Virus record (IMG/VR): IMGVR_UViG_3300024268_000128
Strand: one strand, 5' to 3'
DNA length: 44,364 bases
From: a virus
Shown: positions 17,092 through 25,059 of the stretch, in pieces
How the letters are laid out: each line of letters starts with the position of its first letter
Position numbering within the stretch: position 1 is the stretch's first letter
Notes under the pieces: generated by a model
Database searches by the model: none
Told to the model about the DNA's origin: nothing
What the model saw: only the letters and a program-made list of their open reading frames with translations
Made by a program: the position numbers and the translations under genes

Positions 17092-17706
17092 TTATGTGTT
17101 TTCCTCTTTCTTTTCTACAAGCACAAAATTCTGCTTTGCAAGGAACATATCTACAATCTTTGACTTACGGTTATTTTCTGCCCACAAATTATCGTTGTCA
17201 GCAGTGAGCCGTTTAACTTGCTCCACCAAAAAATCAATTTTGCGTTGCGCTTCCTCCCGGATGGCCTGCATTTCAGCCTTGTAGGAATCGTGGATTTTGT
17301 CCAGTGCTTCCCGGTAGTCCCGATTATCGTCCAAAGCCCTTTCCAATTCCCGCATAGCATCATCCAGCTTTCTTTCGTCCGGCAAATTTTCTTCAAAAGC
17401 CAGATAGCAGGGGTACTGGTTGGACGAGCCAATGATAGCGTCCTCAATGCGCCTTGCGGTGTCCCGCAGAATATCCTGTTCACAACGCTGCGCCATCAGG
17501 CGTTCAATGGTTTTGATGGATACATCGGCTTTTTCTGCGATATATGCATTCGTAAGCCCGTTCAAATCCTTCATGTCCCGCATAAATTCACACCAACGCT
17601 CCAATGACATGGCGGAGGTACGGGGACCGTCACAACGGCTTTGGCGGTGGGGGCAGGAAAGGCAACGGTTGTAAGGTTTATCCGTAGCATTAGTACGCAT
17701 TTTCAT
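17092..17706 (-). CDS. HTH / coiled-coil protein upstream of the integrase (regulator or directionality-factor candidate)
   Basis: 204 aa from the ATG at 17706 (GGAGGAATTACAATG). Has a Cys-rich N-terminus (CLSCPHRQSRCDG), an HTH-like segment (LTNAYIAEKADVSIKTIERL) and a long coiled coil. Confidence 0.7.
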   Translation of the reverse strand: MKMRTNATDKPYNRCLSCPHRQSRCDGPRTSAMSLERWCEFMRDMKDLNGLTNAYIAEKADVSIKTIERLMAQRCEQDILRDTARRIEDAIIGSSNQYPCYLAFEENLPDERKLDDAMRELERALDDNRDYREALDKIHDSYKAEMQAIREEAQRKIDFLVEQVKRLTADNDNLWAENNRKSKIVDMFLAKQNFVLVEKKEENT

Positions 17707-17970
17707 TGTAATTCCTCCGTGCTGTGTTGCAGATTTTCCGAAAGCCCCTAAAGAAGCGTCTTCTAAATCCGCTACGTTACATCTGTTTTCTAACACTTTT
17801 GGCTGTTCATCCCCTTCTGATGGTGTTAATCTATCAGCGGGTCAGAAATTGGCCTATCATTCCGGGACGGCAGGGATGTTCGGGTGGTGCTGCGCATCCC
17901 TGCTATTCTATTCGGAACCCATCGACAGACAACTAAGAATGTCGGAATATTCCGAATTTGGCAAAACATG

Positions 17971-17999
17971 TTGTCAATTCTGAATTATTTTTGTACTAT
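17971..17999 (+). promoter_or_regulatory. Candidate promoter directed towards the 3' end of the repressor gene
   Basis: TTGTCA, 17 nt, TACTAT, with TG immediately upstream of the -10. Confidence 0.45.
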
Positions 18000-18051
18000 A
18001 ACAATAGAACGGTTGTTCTTATCCCCCCGGTAAGAAAGGAACGAAATCCCC

Positions 18052-18201
18052 ATGAGTGCTGCTGAAAAACTAATTGACTACATTAAATCCCTTACCCCGG
18101 AGCAAGCGGACAAAATCATTCGTCAAATGCCACGATTGATTGCATCAGTTGAAGAACCTTGTCAGCCTGATCCTCAGAAAGACCCTTTGCAAATTCAATA
18201 A
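18052..18201 (+). CDS. Small ORF (49 aa) homologous to the C-terminal tail of the CI-like repressor
   Basis: MSAAEKLIDYIKSLTPEQADKIIRQMPRLIA aligns with repressor residues KLIEFAKGLSEDQADKVLQLMQSIVA. The ORF is convergent with the repressor gene and overlaps its last 86 nt. The SD is weak (AAAGGA, 11 nt). Confidence 0.35.
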   Translation: MSAAEKLIDYIKSLTPEQADKIIRQMPRLIASVEEPCQPDPQKDPLQIQ

Positions 18202-18466
18202 GTTTGCGCTGACTTTCCGTCAGCCCGTCATCTGTGACGGGCTTTTTTTGTTTGTCCTCAATCAAATCTGATTTGAGAACGCCAAAATAGTCTGCAAGTC
18301 TTTGAATTTTGTCTATTCGTGGGAACTTCTTTCCGCTCGCCCATTCATTTAAGGTTGGTGCAGATACACCAACTGCATCCGCTATTTCTTTTTGCGTTTT
18401 CCCGGAATCTGCTATGAACTGTCGCAAATTATAGGAAAAGATTTGTTTCGACCACTCTTTAGTCAT
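18116..18466 (-). CDS. CI-like repressor, XRE-family HTH
   Basis: 116 aa from the ATG at 18466 (GGGAGGTGAAAAGTATG). HTH segment KTQKEIADAVGVSAPTLNEWASGKKFP. Divergent from a Cro-like gene. Confidence 0.85.
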   Translation of the reverse strand: MTKEWSKQIFSYNLRQFIADSGKTQKEIADAVGVSAPTLNEWASGKKFPRIDKIQRLADYFGVLKSDLIEDKQKKPVTDDGLTESQRKLIEFAKGLSEDQADKVLQLMQSIVAFDE

Positions 18467-18525
18467 ACTTTTCACCTCCCTGTTGTTCATATGAGAAAGC
18501 TTATCAATTGGGCTTTCTATATCAT

Positions 18526-18554
18526 ATTATAAGACCGATTAGCTAAAAATGCAA
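18526..18554 (-). promoter_or_regulatory. Repressor promoter
   Basis: On the minus strand: TTGCAT, 17 nt, TATAAT. The spacer contains the palindrome TTAGCTAA. Confidence 0.6.
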
Positions 18555-18585
18555 CGATAAACGCCAAAAAATTTGCTAAAAGCTA

Positions 18586-18614
18586 TTGACTTTCGGCTAA
18601 AGCTATTGTAATAT
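18586..18614 (+). promoter_or_regulatory. Early (Cro-side) promoter
   Basis: TTGACT, 17 nt, TAATAT, preceded by TG. It is overlapped by the direct repeats GCTAAAAGCTATTG (18574-18587) and GCTAAAGCTATTG (18596-18608). Confidence 0.55.
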
Positions 18615-18623
18615 AATTTCTGA

Positions 18624-18642
18624 AATTAGCCAAAAGCTAATT
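18624..18642. promoter_or_regulatory. Operator-like palindrome AATTAGC-N5-GCTAATT
   Basis: Perfect 7-bp arms between the early promoter and the cro start. The same palindrome recurs at 18864-18882. Confidence 0.55.
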
Positions 18643-18669
18643 AGCATCAAAACAAAAGGAGGGTTATAA

Positions 18670-18861
18670 ATGCCTAAAATCACTCTTAAGGCCGCACGGG
18701 TCAACGCAAGTCTTTCCCAGCAGGAAGCGGCACAGCGTTTAGGCGTTGCGGTAAGCACACTTCGGAATTGGGAAGCCGGAAAGACATTTCCAACCCAGCC
18801 GAAGATTGAAAAGCTCTGCGAGGTCTACGGGATTTCCTTTGATGTTCTTTTTTTTGCATAA
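18670..18861 (+). CDS. Cro-like XRE-family HTH regulator
   Basis: 63 aa, AAAGGAGGG SD, HTH segment LSQQEAAQRLGVAVSTLRNWEAGKTFP. Confidence 0.85.
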   Translation: MPKITLKAARVNASLSQQEAAQRLGVAVSTLRNWEAGKTFPTQPKIEKLCEVYGISFDVLFFA

Positions 18862-18863
18862 CG

Positions 18864-18882
18864 AATTAGCTTTAAGCTAATT
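18864..18882. promoter_or_regulatory. Second copy of the operator-like palindrome AATTAGC-N5-GCTAATT
   Basis: Arms identical to 18624-18642, lying directly after the cro stop codon. Confidence 0.5.
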
Positions 18883-18899
18883 AGAAAGGAGCCTACCAC

Positions 18900-19040
18900 A
18901 TGATTGTTTTGAAATTCGTCAGCCCTGAAGGTCAGGAAGGATTCACCGAAGCCCGGAACTACCACGAAGCCGTGAAGATGACGAAGGTTTACAAGCAGGA
19001 TGGTTACCGCCTTGTAGACCACTTCCTCTGGGAGAACTGA
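18900..19040 (+). CDS. Hypothetical small protein (46 aa)
   Basis: ATG preceded by AAAGGAG at optimal spacing. Too short for the supplied ORF track. Confidence 0.45.
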   Translation: MIVLKFVSPEGQEGFTEARNYHEAVKMTKVYKQDGYRLVDHFLWEN

Positions 19041-19061
19041 CAAGAAAAAGGAGGTCAGCCC

Positions 19062-19238
19062 GTGCATAGCACAGTTCAAGCGGAATACAAAATAGGCCGG
19101 GCAATCGTGCGGATGCATGGAACGCCTGACCCGGAAAACCTGAAGGCGGCAACGCTGAAGTTTATGCAGAAGGTGGAGCAAACCAGAAGAAAGCAAAGGA
19201 AGGAGGGCGTTAAGGATGGGCTTTCGTTACACAGATGA
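19062..19238 (+). CDS. Hypothetical small protein (58 aa)
   Basis: GTG start preceded by AAGGAGG. Fills an otherwise non-coding gap in a tightly packed operon. Confidence 0.45.
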   Translation: MHSTVQAEYKIGRAIVRMHGTPDPENLKAATLKFMQKVEQTRRKQRKEGVKDGLSLHR

Positions 19239-19416
19239 CCCGATAGCGGATCATGAAGCGTATGAAGCGGAGCTTGCACGGCTGGAAGAACAGGTTCCCG
19301 TCTGCGGCTACTGCAATCGGCCTGTAATGGATGATTTCTACTATGAGATCAACGAAGAACCTGTTTGCGCTGATTGCTTGGAACAGTATTTCAAAAGGGA
19401 GGTTGAAGTGAATTGA
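19216..19416 (+). CDS. Small zinc-ribbon-like protein
   Basis: 66 aa with CGYC...CADC cysteine pairs and AAGGAGGG upstream. Confidence 0.6.
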   Translation: MGFRYTDDPIADHEAYEAELARLEEQVPVCGYCNRPVMDDFYYEINEEPVCADCLEQYFKREVEVN

Positions 19417-20342
19417 AGGTTTTGAGTTTGTTTAGCGGCATCGGTGCTTTTGAAAAAGCAATGGACAACCTTGGCGTTCCTTATGAACTGGTTGCATTCT
19501 GCGAAATCGACAAGTATGCAGCCAAATCTTATCAGGCTATTCACGGCGTTTCCGAAACCATGAACCTTGGCGATATTACGAAGGTTGATGAAAAGCAGTT
19601 GCCCAAGGGTATTGACCTGATTACATACGGCTTTCCGTGTCAGGACATCAGCCTTGCCGGGAAGCAGAAAGGGCTTTTCAACGAGGATGGAACACAGACA
19701 CGTTCTGGGCTGTTCTTTGAAGCACTGCGTATCATCGAAGAAACACAACCCCGTGTTGCCATAGCTGAGAATGTGAAGAACCTCACAGGCAAGAAGTTTG
19801 CCGGGCAGTTCAAACTTGTTCTGGAATCGCTGGAACAGGCTGGCTACAACAATTACTGGAAGGTGCTGAATGCAAAGGACTTCGGCATTCCCCAGAACAG
19901 GGAAAGGGTGTTCATTGTCAGCATCCGCAAGGATGTTGACAACGGAACGTTCCGATTCCCAGAGGGCTTCCCGCTGAAGCTTCGCCTGAAGGATGTGCTG
20001 GATGATGAAGTGGACGAACGGTTCTATCTGACAAATGACCGCATCAATAGTCTGATTGAGCATCGGAAACGCAATGCCGAAAAAGGCAATGGCTTTGGGG
20101 CAAAGTTTGTCACTGACACGGATATTAGCTGTTCTTTGACCACTTCCCCCGAAAAAAGTTCGGGCCAATATCTGATTGATGAACGGCCTAAGGTTAAGCA
20201 GATTGGCAATCTGTTCCCTTCTGCTACACGGGACAATCCCAATCAAGGGCGGTTGTATGACACGCAAGGGATTGCACCAACTTTGGGCGCTATGCAGGGT
20301 GGCAATCGTCAGCCCTTTGTAACAGTAAACGAACAGAAATAA
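19413..20342 (+). CDS. DNA (cytosine-5)-methyltransferase, N-terminal polypeptide (motifs I-VIII plus one TRD-like loop)
   Basis: Motif I LSLFSGIGAF, IV GFPCQDIS, VI ENVKNL and VIII QNRERVFIV, then the TRD-like loop GIAPTLGAMQGGNRQP. Motifs IX and X are absent. Confidence 0.85.
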   Translation: MKVLSLFSGIGAFEKAMDNLGVPYELVAFCEIDKYAAKSYQAIHGVSETMNLGDITKVDEKQLPKGIDLITYGFPCQDISLAGKQKGLFNEDGTQTRSGLFFEALRIIEETQPRVAIAENVKNLTGKKFAGQFKLVLESLEQAGYNNYWKVLNAKDFGIPQNRERVFIVSIRKDVDNGTFRFPEGFPLKLRLKDVLDDEVDERFYLTNDRINSLIEHRKRNAEKGNGFGAKFVTDTDISCSLTTSPEKSSGQYLIDERPKVKQIGNLFPSATRDNPNQGRLYDTQGIAPTLGAMQGGNRQPFVTVNEQK

Positions 20343-20344
20343 CC

Positions 20345-20396
20345 GGGATGATAGGCGTTTTTGATCCCAATACAAACGGAAAGGGATTGAAAACAA
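20345..20396 (+). promoter_or_regulatory. Conserved leader element, copy B, lying inside the split methyltransferase
   Basis: GGGATGATAGGCGTTTTTGATCCC...GGAAAGGGATT. ATCCC (20364-20368) pairs with GGGAT (20383-20387). The 54-nt gap carries TAA, TGA, TAG and TGA in the shared reading frame. Confidence 0.5.
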
Positions 20397-21227
20397 ATGC
20401 CGGAGATACGGCGAATTGACATCCAGCAGCTTGTAAGGGTCAGGAAATATGAAGTTGACTGTGAACGGCTGCGAAACCTACTGAGAGAGTGCAAGAAACT
20501 TACAGGCAAGAGCAACAAAGCACTTGCGGAAGCGTTGGATGTGCCAACAACCAAGGTTGAACACTGGTTCAGAACGGATTCATGTTTTGCTATCCCGGAT
20601 GCGGAAATATGGGAACGGCTTAAAGCCGAACTGGGGATTACAACAACAGCATTCGACAGAGCCATAACAACATTTGAAGAAAGGCCAGGAGTTTATGAAA
20701 AGTCCGAACGGTGCTACTTCGCAGATGGCATTTCACCAACGCTGACAAGCACTTCGGCAGGGAATGAAAAAATCATAGTGGAGGGATGCAAAGTGGAAAA
20801 AACCGTGGCTGCTGCCATGCGGGGCAGATACAACGAAACCGGGAAGATTGAACAGCAAATTGAGGTATCAGACCGGGAGTACGCAAACACCATTACTTCG
20901 GTTCAGAAGGATTCGATGGTGGCGGCAATCGACACCATTATTGATGACACGCAAGGGTTTGACGGCACTCGTTTTTATAGCGATTACAGTCCTTCGCTTC
21001 GTGCAAGCCGTCATGGATTGAAAACAGTTGATCCCAATTCGCGCATCCGCAAGCTGACACCCAAGGAATGCTACAGGCTGATGGGGTTTGATGATTTGGA
21101 TTACGAAAAGGCGGCAAGCGTGAACAGCAACACCCAACTGTACAAGCAGGCTGGCAATTCCATTGTGGTCCCGGTGGTGCAGAACATCTTGGAACAACTG
21201 TTCATCTGTGGAGCGTTGAGCAAGTAA
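20397..21227 (+). CDS. DNA (cytosine-5)-methyltransferase, C-terminal polypeptide (HTH-like insert, further TRD-like loops, motifs IX-X)
   Basis: GISPTLTSTSAGN and YSPSLRASRHG loops, then motif IX RKLTPKECYRLMGF and motif X GNSIVVPV. In the same reading frame as 19413-20342. Confidence 0.8.
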   Translation: MPEIRRIDIQQLVRVRKYEVDCERLRNLLRECKKLTGKSNKALAEALDVPTTKVEHWFRTDSCFAIPDAEIWERLKAELGITTTAFDRAITTFEERPGVYEKSERCYFADGISPTLTSTSAGNEKIIVEGCKVEKTVAAAMRGRYNETGKIEQQIEVSDREYANTITSVQKDSMVAAIDTIIDDTQGFDGTRFYSDYSPSLRASRHGLKTVDPNSRIRKLTPKECYRLMGFDDLDYEKAASVNSNTQLYKQAGNSIVVPVVQNILEQLFICGALSK

Positions 21228-21271
21228 CTGATTGAACACATTTCAATAGAAGAAAAACGGAGGATATGAGA

Positions 21272-21766
21272 ATGGGACAGAAAATCAACGTGCCGATTAA
21301 CGTGCCTTATCTGGTTGAACTGGTTGAAAAAAGCGGTATGAACCGTGCGCAATTCAGTGAAAAGCTGATGCGTGGCAAGCAGTTTATCTCCGAACTCATT
21401 ACCAAGGGGGAAACATCGCCCCGGAATGCCCGGTATATTGCCCAGCTTGTGGGAGGCGATGAAAAGAAGCTGCTTGAAGCTGTGCCGTACAACCCGGATG
21501 ATTTCCGCTTGAAGGGCAAGAAGGAGGAACAGCAGGAGCCGCAAAAGGACGGCACGATTGCTGACTACATCGCCCTTATCTCTGACAGCCTGATTGAACT
21601 GGCAAAGAACCAGACGCAGGTTAGCGAACTGCTGACGCTTACCAGCAAGCAGATTATGGACAATGCCCGGTACGATGCCGAAAGCAACAAGTTGTTTGAA
21701 GCCGTGTTTGAAAAGTTGAATAGCATTAGCAAAAAGGTGGACGAAATCCATCGGGAGTTGAAATAA
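21272..21766 (+). CDS. Hypothetical protein with N-terminal HTH-like segment
   Basis: 164 aa from the second ATG, which has better SD spacing. N-terminal segment MNRAQFSEKLMRGKQFISELI and a helical C-terminus. Confidence 0.6.
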   Translation: MGQKINVPINVPYLVELVEKSGMNRAQFSEKLMRGKQFISELITKGETSPRNARYIAQLVGGDEKKLLEAVPYNPDDFRLKGKKEEQQEPQKDGTIADYIALISDSLIELAKNQTQVSELLTLTSKQIMDNARYDAESNKLFEAVFEKLNSISKKVDEIHRELK

Positions 21767-21779
21767 GGAGGATATGAAA

Positions 21780-21938
21780 ATGGTTAAAGCAACGATTGTT
21801 TTTAAGGATTTGACTTCTGAGGATGTTATTTTGAACGATTTTATGGAGCTTGCCGAACGGTACAAAGACCGTGAAGTTCTGGCACTTTGCGGACAGGTTA
21901 TCAACTCCAAGGAAATCCGTCAAGGGAGGGATAAGTGA
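21780..21938 (+). CDS. Hypothetical small protein (52 aa)
   Basis: AAGGAGG SD 8 nt upstream. The stop overlaps the next start (GTGATG). Confidence 0.45.
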   Translation: MVKATIVFKDLTSEDVILNDFMELAERYKDREVLALCGQVINSKEIRQGRDK

Positions 21939-22426
21939 TGGCCAGCCTTTACAGTATCGACCAAGCAATCATGGATTGCATCGACTTTGAAAGCGGTGAA
22001 GTAGTTGATGCTGAACAGCTTGATAGTCTACAGATGCTCCGTACTGAGAAACTGGAAAATGTTGCACTTTGGATCAAGAATCTGACTGCCGATGCAAAGG
22101 CTATCCGGGAGGAAGAAAAGGCACTTGCAAGCCGTAGGCAGCAGACGGAAAAGAAGGTGAAAAGCCTTAACGAGTGGCTGACCAATGCGTTGCAAGGTGA
22201 AAAGCTGAGTACGCCCAAAGTTGCCGTCAGCTTCCGCAGGTCTGAGGGGTTGGAAGTCATCGACAATGACAGCTTCTGCCTGTGGGCTATGGGCAATGAA
22301 CGGGATGATTTACTTAAGTTCACGGCTCCCACGATTGATGCAACGGCTGTCAAAAAGGCCATTAAGGCTGGATTGGATGTGCCGTATGTACGGATTGAAG
22401 AACGAATGAATATCAACATCAAGTAA
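21938..22426 (+). CDS. Siphovirus Gp157-like protein
   Basis: About 162 aa. The N-terminus (SLYSIDQAIMDCIDFESGEV) and coiled coil are typical of Gp157-family proteins. It sits first in the Gp157 / AAA_24 / DUF669 trio. Confidence 0.65.
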   Translation: MASLYSIDQAIMDCIDFESGEVVDAEQLDSLQMLRTEKLENVALWIKNLTADAKAIREEEKALASRRQQTEKKVKSLNEWLTNALQGEKLSTPKVAVSFRRSEGLEVIDNDSFCLWAMGNERDDLLKFTAPTIDATAVKKAIKAGLDVPYVRIEERMNINIK

Positions 22427-22440
22427 CGGAGGAAGGAACA

Positions 22441-23076
22441 ATGATTTTGTGCGTTATGGGTGAAAGCGGCGCAGGTAAAACAACCAGTATGCGCAACCTT
22501 GACCCCAAAACTACCTACTACATCGACTGTGACAAAAAGGGCTTGTCATGGCGTGGGTGGCGGGGACAGTACAACAAGGATAACAAGAACTACTACAGCA
22601 CGGATGACCAAAACAAGGTTCTGACGCTGCTTAAGGGCATCAATGACAAAATGCCCCACATCAAGACGGTGATTGTAGACACCATCAACGGCATCATGGT
22701 TGCGGATGAGATGCGCAGAAGCAAGGAAAAAGGCTATGACAAGTGGCTGGACTTGGCAAGCGCAATCTATGACATCATCGACTATGCACTGACCGTCAGG
22801 GATGATCTTAACGTGGTTTTTGTGGCTCATACGCAGACTGACCACGATGACAGCGGGTACAGTTTCACCCGGATCAAGACCAGCGGGAAGAAGCTGGACA
22901 AAATCACGCTGGAAAGCAAATTCCCGGTGGTGCTGCTGGCAAAGGTGATTGACGGCAAGCACGTTTTTGAAACCAAGGCCAACCATTCCACGGCGAAAAC
23001 ACCCATGGACGCATTCGATGAAAACCACATCGAAAATGACATCAGCAAAGTGCTGAAAGTACTTGAAGAATATTAA
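22441..23076 (+). CDS. Sak4-like ATPase (AAA_24 / RecA-fold recombination protein)
   Basis: 211 aa, Walker A VMGESGAGKTT, Walker B-like VIVDTI. Placed between the Gp157-like and DUF669-like genes. Confidence 0.75.
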   Translation: MILCVMGESGAGKTTSMRNLDPKTTYYIDCDKKGLSWRGWRGQYNKDNKNYYSTDDQNKVLTLLKGINDKMPHIKTVIVDTINGIMVADEMRRSKEKGYDKWLDLASAIYDIIDYALTVRDDLNVVFVAHTQTDHDDSGYSFTRIKTSGKKLDKITLESKFPVVLLAKVIDGKHVFETKANHSTAKTPMDAFDENHIENDISKVLKVLEEY

Positions 23077-23090
23077 GGAGGACACGAAAC

Positions 23091-23675
23091 ATGATTAAGA
23101 AGCCTATGAACTGGGATAACGTGCAGGAGATTGGCGAGCGCAAGACGCTGCCTTTGGGTGCGTATGTGTGCAAGGTGAAGCAGGTGCGGGTGCAGGACAA
23201 TTCTTACGGCTCCCAGCTTGCGTTGCTGTTTGACATTGCGGAGGGTGAATACGCTGGCTACTACAATCAGGAATACAACGCCAACACAAGCGATAACAAG
23301 AAGTGGAAGGGTCTGCTGCGTGTGTGGCTTCCCAAGGATGACGGCAGCGACAAGGACGAACTGACCAAGCGCATTTTTAAGGGTTTTGTTACTGCCTTTG
23401 AACGGTCTAACCCCGGATACCGTTGGGACTGGAACGAAAACAGCCTTGCAGGTAAGACCATCGGCATCATGTACCGCAACGAGGAATGGGACTATGAGGG
23501 CAAGCACGGCTGGGCGGTGCGTCCTTTCAAGGCTATCAGCGCAGATACCGTCCGGGAGGGCAACTACACCCTGCCGAAGGACAAGCCCTTGAACAATGGC
23601 AGCAGTGCAACGGTGGCCCCTGCAAATGTACCTGCTGGTTATACCGAAGTCGAAGATGAAGACCTGCCGTTCTGA
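23091..23675 (+). CDS. DUF669-like protein (SSB-like partner of Sak4)
   Basis: 194 aa. N-terminus LPLGAYVCKVKQVRV and acidic C-terminal tail EVEDEDLPF, as in SSB-type proteins. Confidence 0.65.
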   Translation: MIKKPMNWDNVQEIGERKTLPLGAYVCKVKQVRVQDNSYGSQLALLFDIAEGEYAGYYNQEYNANTSDNKKWKGLLRVWLPKDDGSDKDELTKRIFKGFVTAFERSNPGYRWDWNENSLAGKTIGIMYRNEEWDYEGKHGWAVRPFKAISADTVREGNYTLPKDKPLNNGSSATVAPANVPAGYTEVEDEDLPF

Positions 23676-23695
23676 TTGAGAAAGGAAGCAAGACT

Positions 23696-24226
23696 ATGGG
23701 AAGCATGAAGTTTGAAGCACCTAAGGGAACTTTCACGTTTAGTCTTTCCCCGTTAAACATCAAGTTTGACTCGACTCTGCTCATGGTTAACCCGGTTAAG
23801 CCTTATCGCATCACTATCGAATGTGACGGCGATACCACCACGGCAAAGATGATTGTCAACGGCAAGGAAGTAAAGACCGCCACGGCAAAGCGCAATCCTG
23901 CCGATAAGGCCAACTGGCGCATCGGCGCACAGACCGCCTTTGACCGCCTGTGGGTGAAGCAGGAAAAGCCGGAGAAACAGAAGAAGGACGGCGTTTTTAA
24001 TGTCGGGGATCGGGTGGTATCAAATGAAAAGTGTTACCACGAAGGAAAACACGGGCGAATTGTTTTGATCCATTACAGCAAAGACCATGACTTTTGTGAT
24101 ATCGGCGTGGAATTTGATGAAAACGTTGGCGGTCACGACTGTTGCGGCAATGCAAAGGTGGGTCATGGATGGTGGGTTACCGAAGGTCTTATTCGCCATG
24201 AAAAGCCGGGAAGTGACCGCAAATGA
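23696..24226 (+). CDS. Hypothetical protein
   Basis: 176 aa with an RBS, in the early operon. The C-terminal half is His/Cys-rich (HEGKHG, GGHDCCGNAKVGHGWW). Confidence 0.6.
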   Translation: MGSMKFEAPKGTFTFSLSPLNIKFDSTLLMVNPVKPYRITIECDGDTTTAKMIVNGKEVKTATAKRNPADKANWRIGAQTAFDRLWVKQEKPEKQKKDGVFNVGDRVVSNEKCYHEGKHGRIVLIHYSKDHDFCDIGVEFDENVGGHDCCGNAKVGHGWWVTEGLIRHEKPGSDRK

Positions 24227-24717
24227 GCATGAACAGACCGCTGAACAGCAACGAGCTTGTCAAGGCGGTTATGGTCAAGGTGGCAGCGGGTGCGCTGCTG
24301 GACTGCTCCAAGGAGCTTGGCAGGGTTCTTGATAAGGAATCCTGCCAAGAACTGGCGCAGATGGGCGGCAAAGCACTTGAACTGTTTGAAGCCTGCATGA
24401 CCGCCACTGGTGATGAAAATCAGGCTGTAATGGCACGGCGCAGGGCTGATGCGCTCAAAGTGGGCGTGAGCTACGACAAGAAGTACTTGCAGACCAAAAT
24501 CTGCTTAACGCCTGATGAATGCACTACGCTTGTAGGCCATGCGCTGAATTATTGCCAGCTTGAATGCCCGTATGCTGACATTACCGAAAACGGCGAACCG
24601 TTGGTAAACACAGCAGCCGTCAAGGGCTGCGAACTGCAAAAGCTGTATCGGCGCATCGGGCTTGCACATGCTGGCGTTATCAACAGCGGTTGCCCTTACT
24701 ACATGTACTGTGTGTGA
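24223..24717 (+). CDS. Hypothetical protein
   Basis: 164 aa with an ATGA overlap onto the previous gene. Confidence 0.6.
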   Translation: MSMNRPLNSNELVKAVMVKVAAGALLDCSKELGRVLDKESCQELAQMGGKALELFEACMTATGDENQAVMARRRADALKVGVSYDKKYLQTKICLTPDECTTLVGHALNYCQLECPYADITENGEPLVNTAAVKGCELQKLYRRIGLAHAGVINSGCPYYMYCV

Positions 24718-24732
24718 CGGAGGGGAAATAAC

Positions 24733-25059
24733 ATGCGCAAATCGCTTTCTAAGGTGCTTTTAACAGCTTTGATTGTGTTGTTGGCAGGACTGAACACAGC
24801 ACAGGCAAAAACGGCTAAAAACGCCTTTGTGACGCTGGAAAACAGGGATGGTTGCTTAAACGTTCGCACGGCTCCTGTTGACGGTAAGGTTATCGGTTAT
24901 CTGCATGACGGCAGGGATGTTGTCGTGATGGATACGGTGGACGGCTGGGCGTTGGTGTGCAACCCGGACGATTTGCAAGACCCGCTTGGCTGGGTGTGCA
25001 TGGATTATCTGCACATTTACGGCGGGGATATTGACTATGAAACGGAGGAAAGGCAATGA
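24733..25059 (+). CDS. Secreted SH3b-like domain protein
   Basis: 108 aa. Signal peptide MRKSLSKVLLTALIVLLAGLNTAQA, then an SH3_3-like segment LNVRTAPVDGKVIGYLHDGRDVVVMDTVDGWALV. Confidence 0.65.
   Translation: MRKSLSKVLLTALIVLLAGLNTAQAKTAKNAFVTLENRDGCLNVRTAPVDGKVIGYLHDGRDVVVMDTVDGWALVCNPDDLQDPLGWVCMDYLHIYGGDIDYETEERQ

Noticed and set aside
17870-17954. 9-bp-stem hairpin (GCAGGGATG...CATCCCTGC) and 12-bp palindrome CGGAATATTCCG as a possible ncRNA or tRNA-like element
   Set aside because: There is no cloverleaf or T-loop signature and no clear U-tract. I cannot support more than an unassigned structure or binding site in the integrase-repressor intergenic region.
20337-20396. Translational bypassing (T4 gene 60-like hop) or stop-codon reassignment joining the two methyltransferase ORFs. 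The same idea was considered at 983-1033, which would join the chaperone T segment to TMP1.
   Set aside because: The flanking ORFs are in the same frame, and matching codons flank both gaps (AAA/AAA and GAA/GAA). However, the gap contains TAA, TGA and TAG together, so no single reassignment works. Each downstream ORF has its own SD and start codon. A chaperone-TMP fusion makes little biological sense. Independent initiation is the simpler reading.
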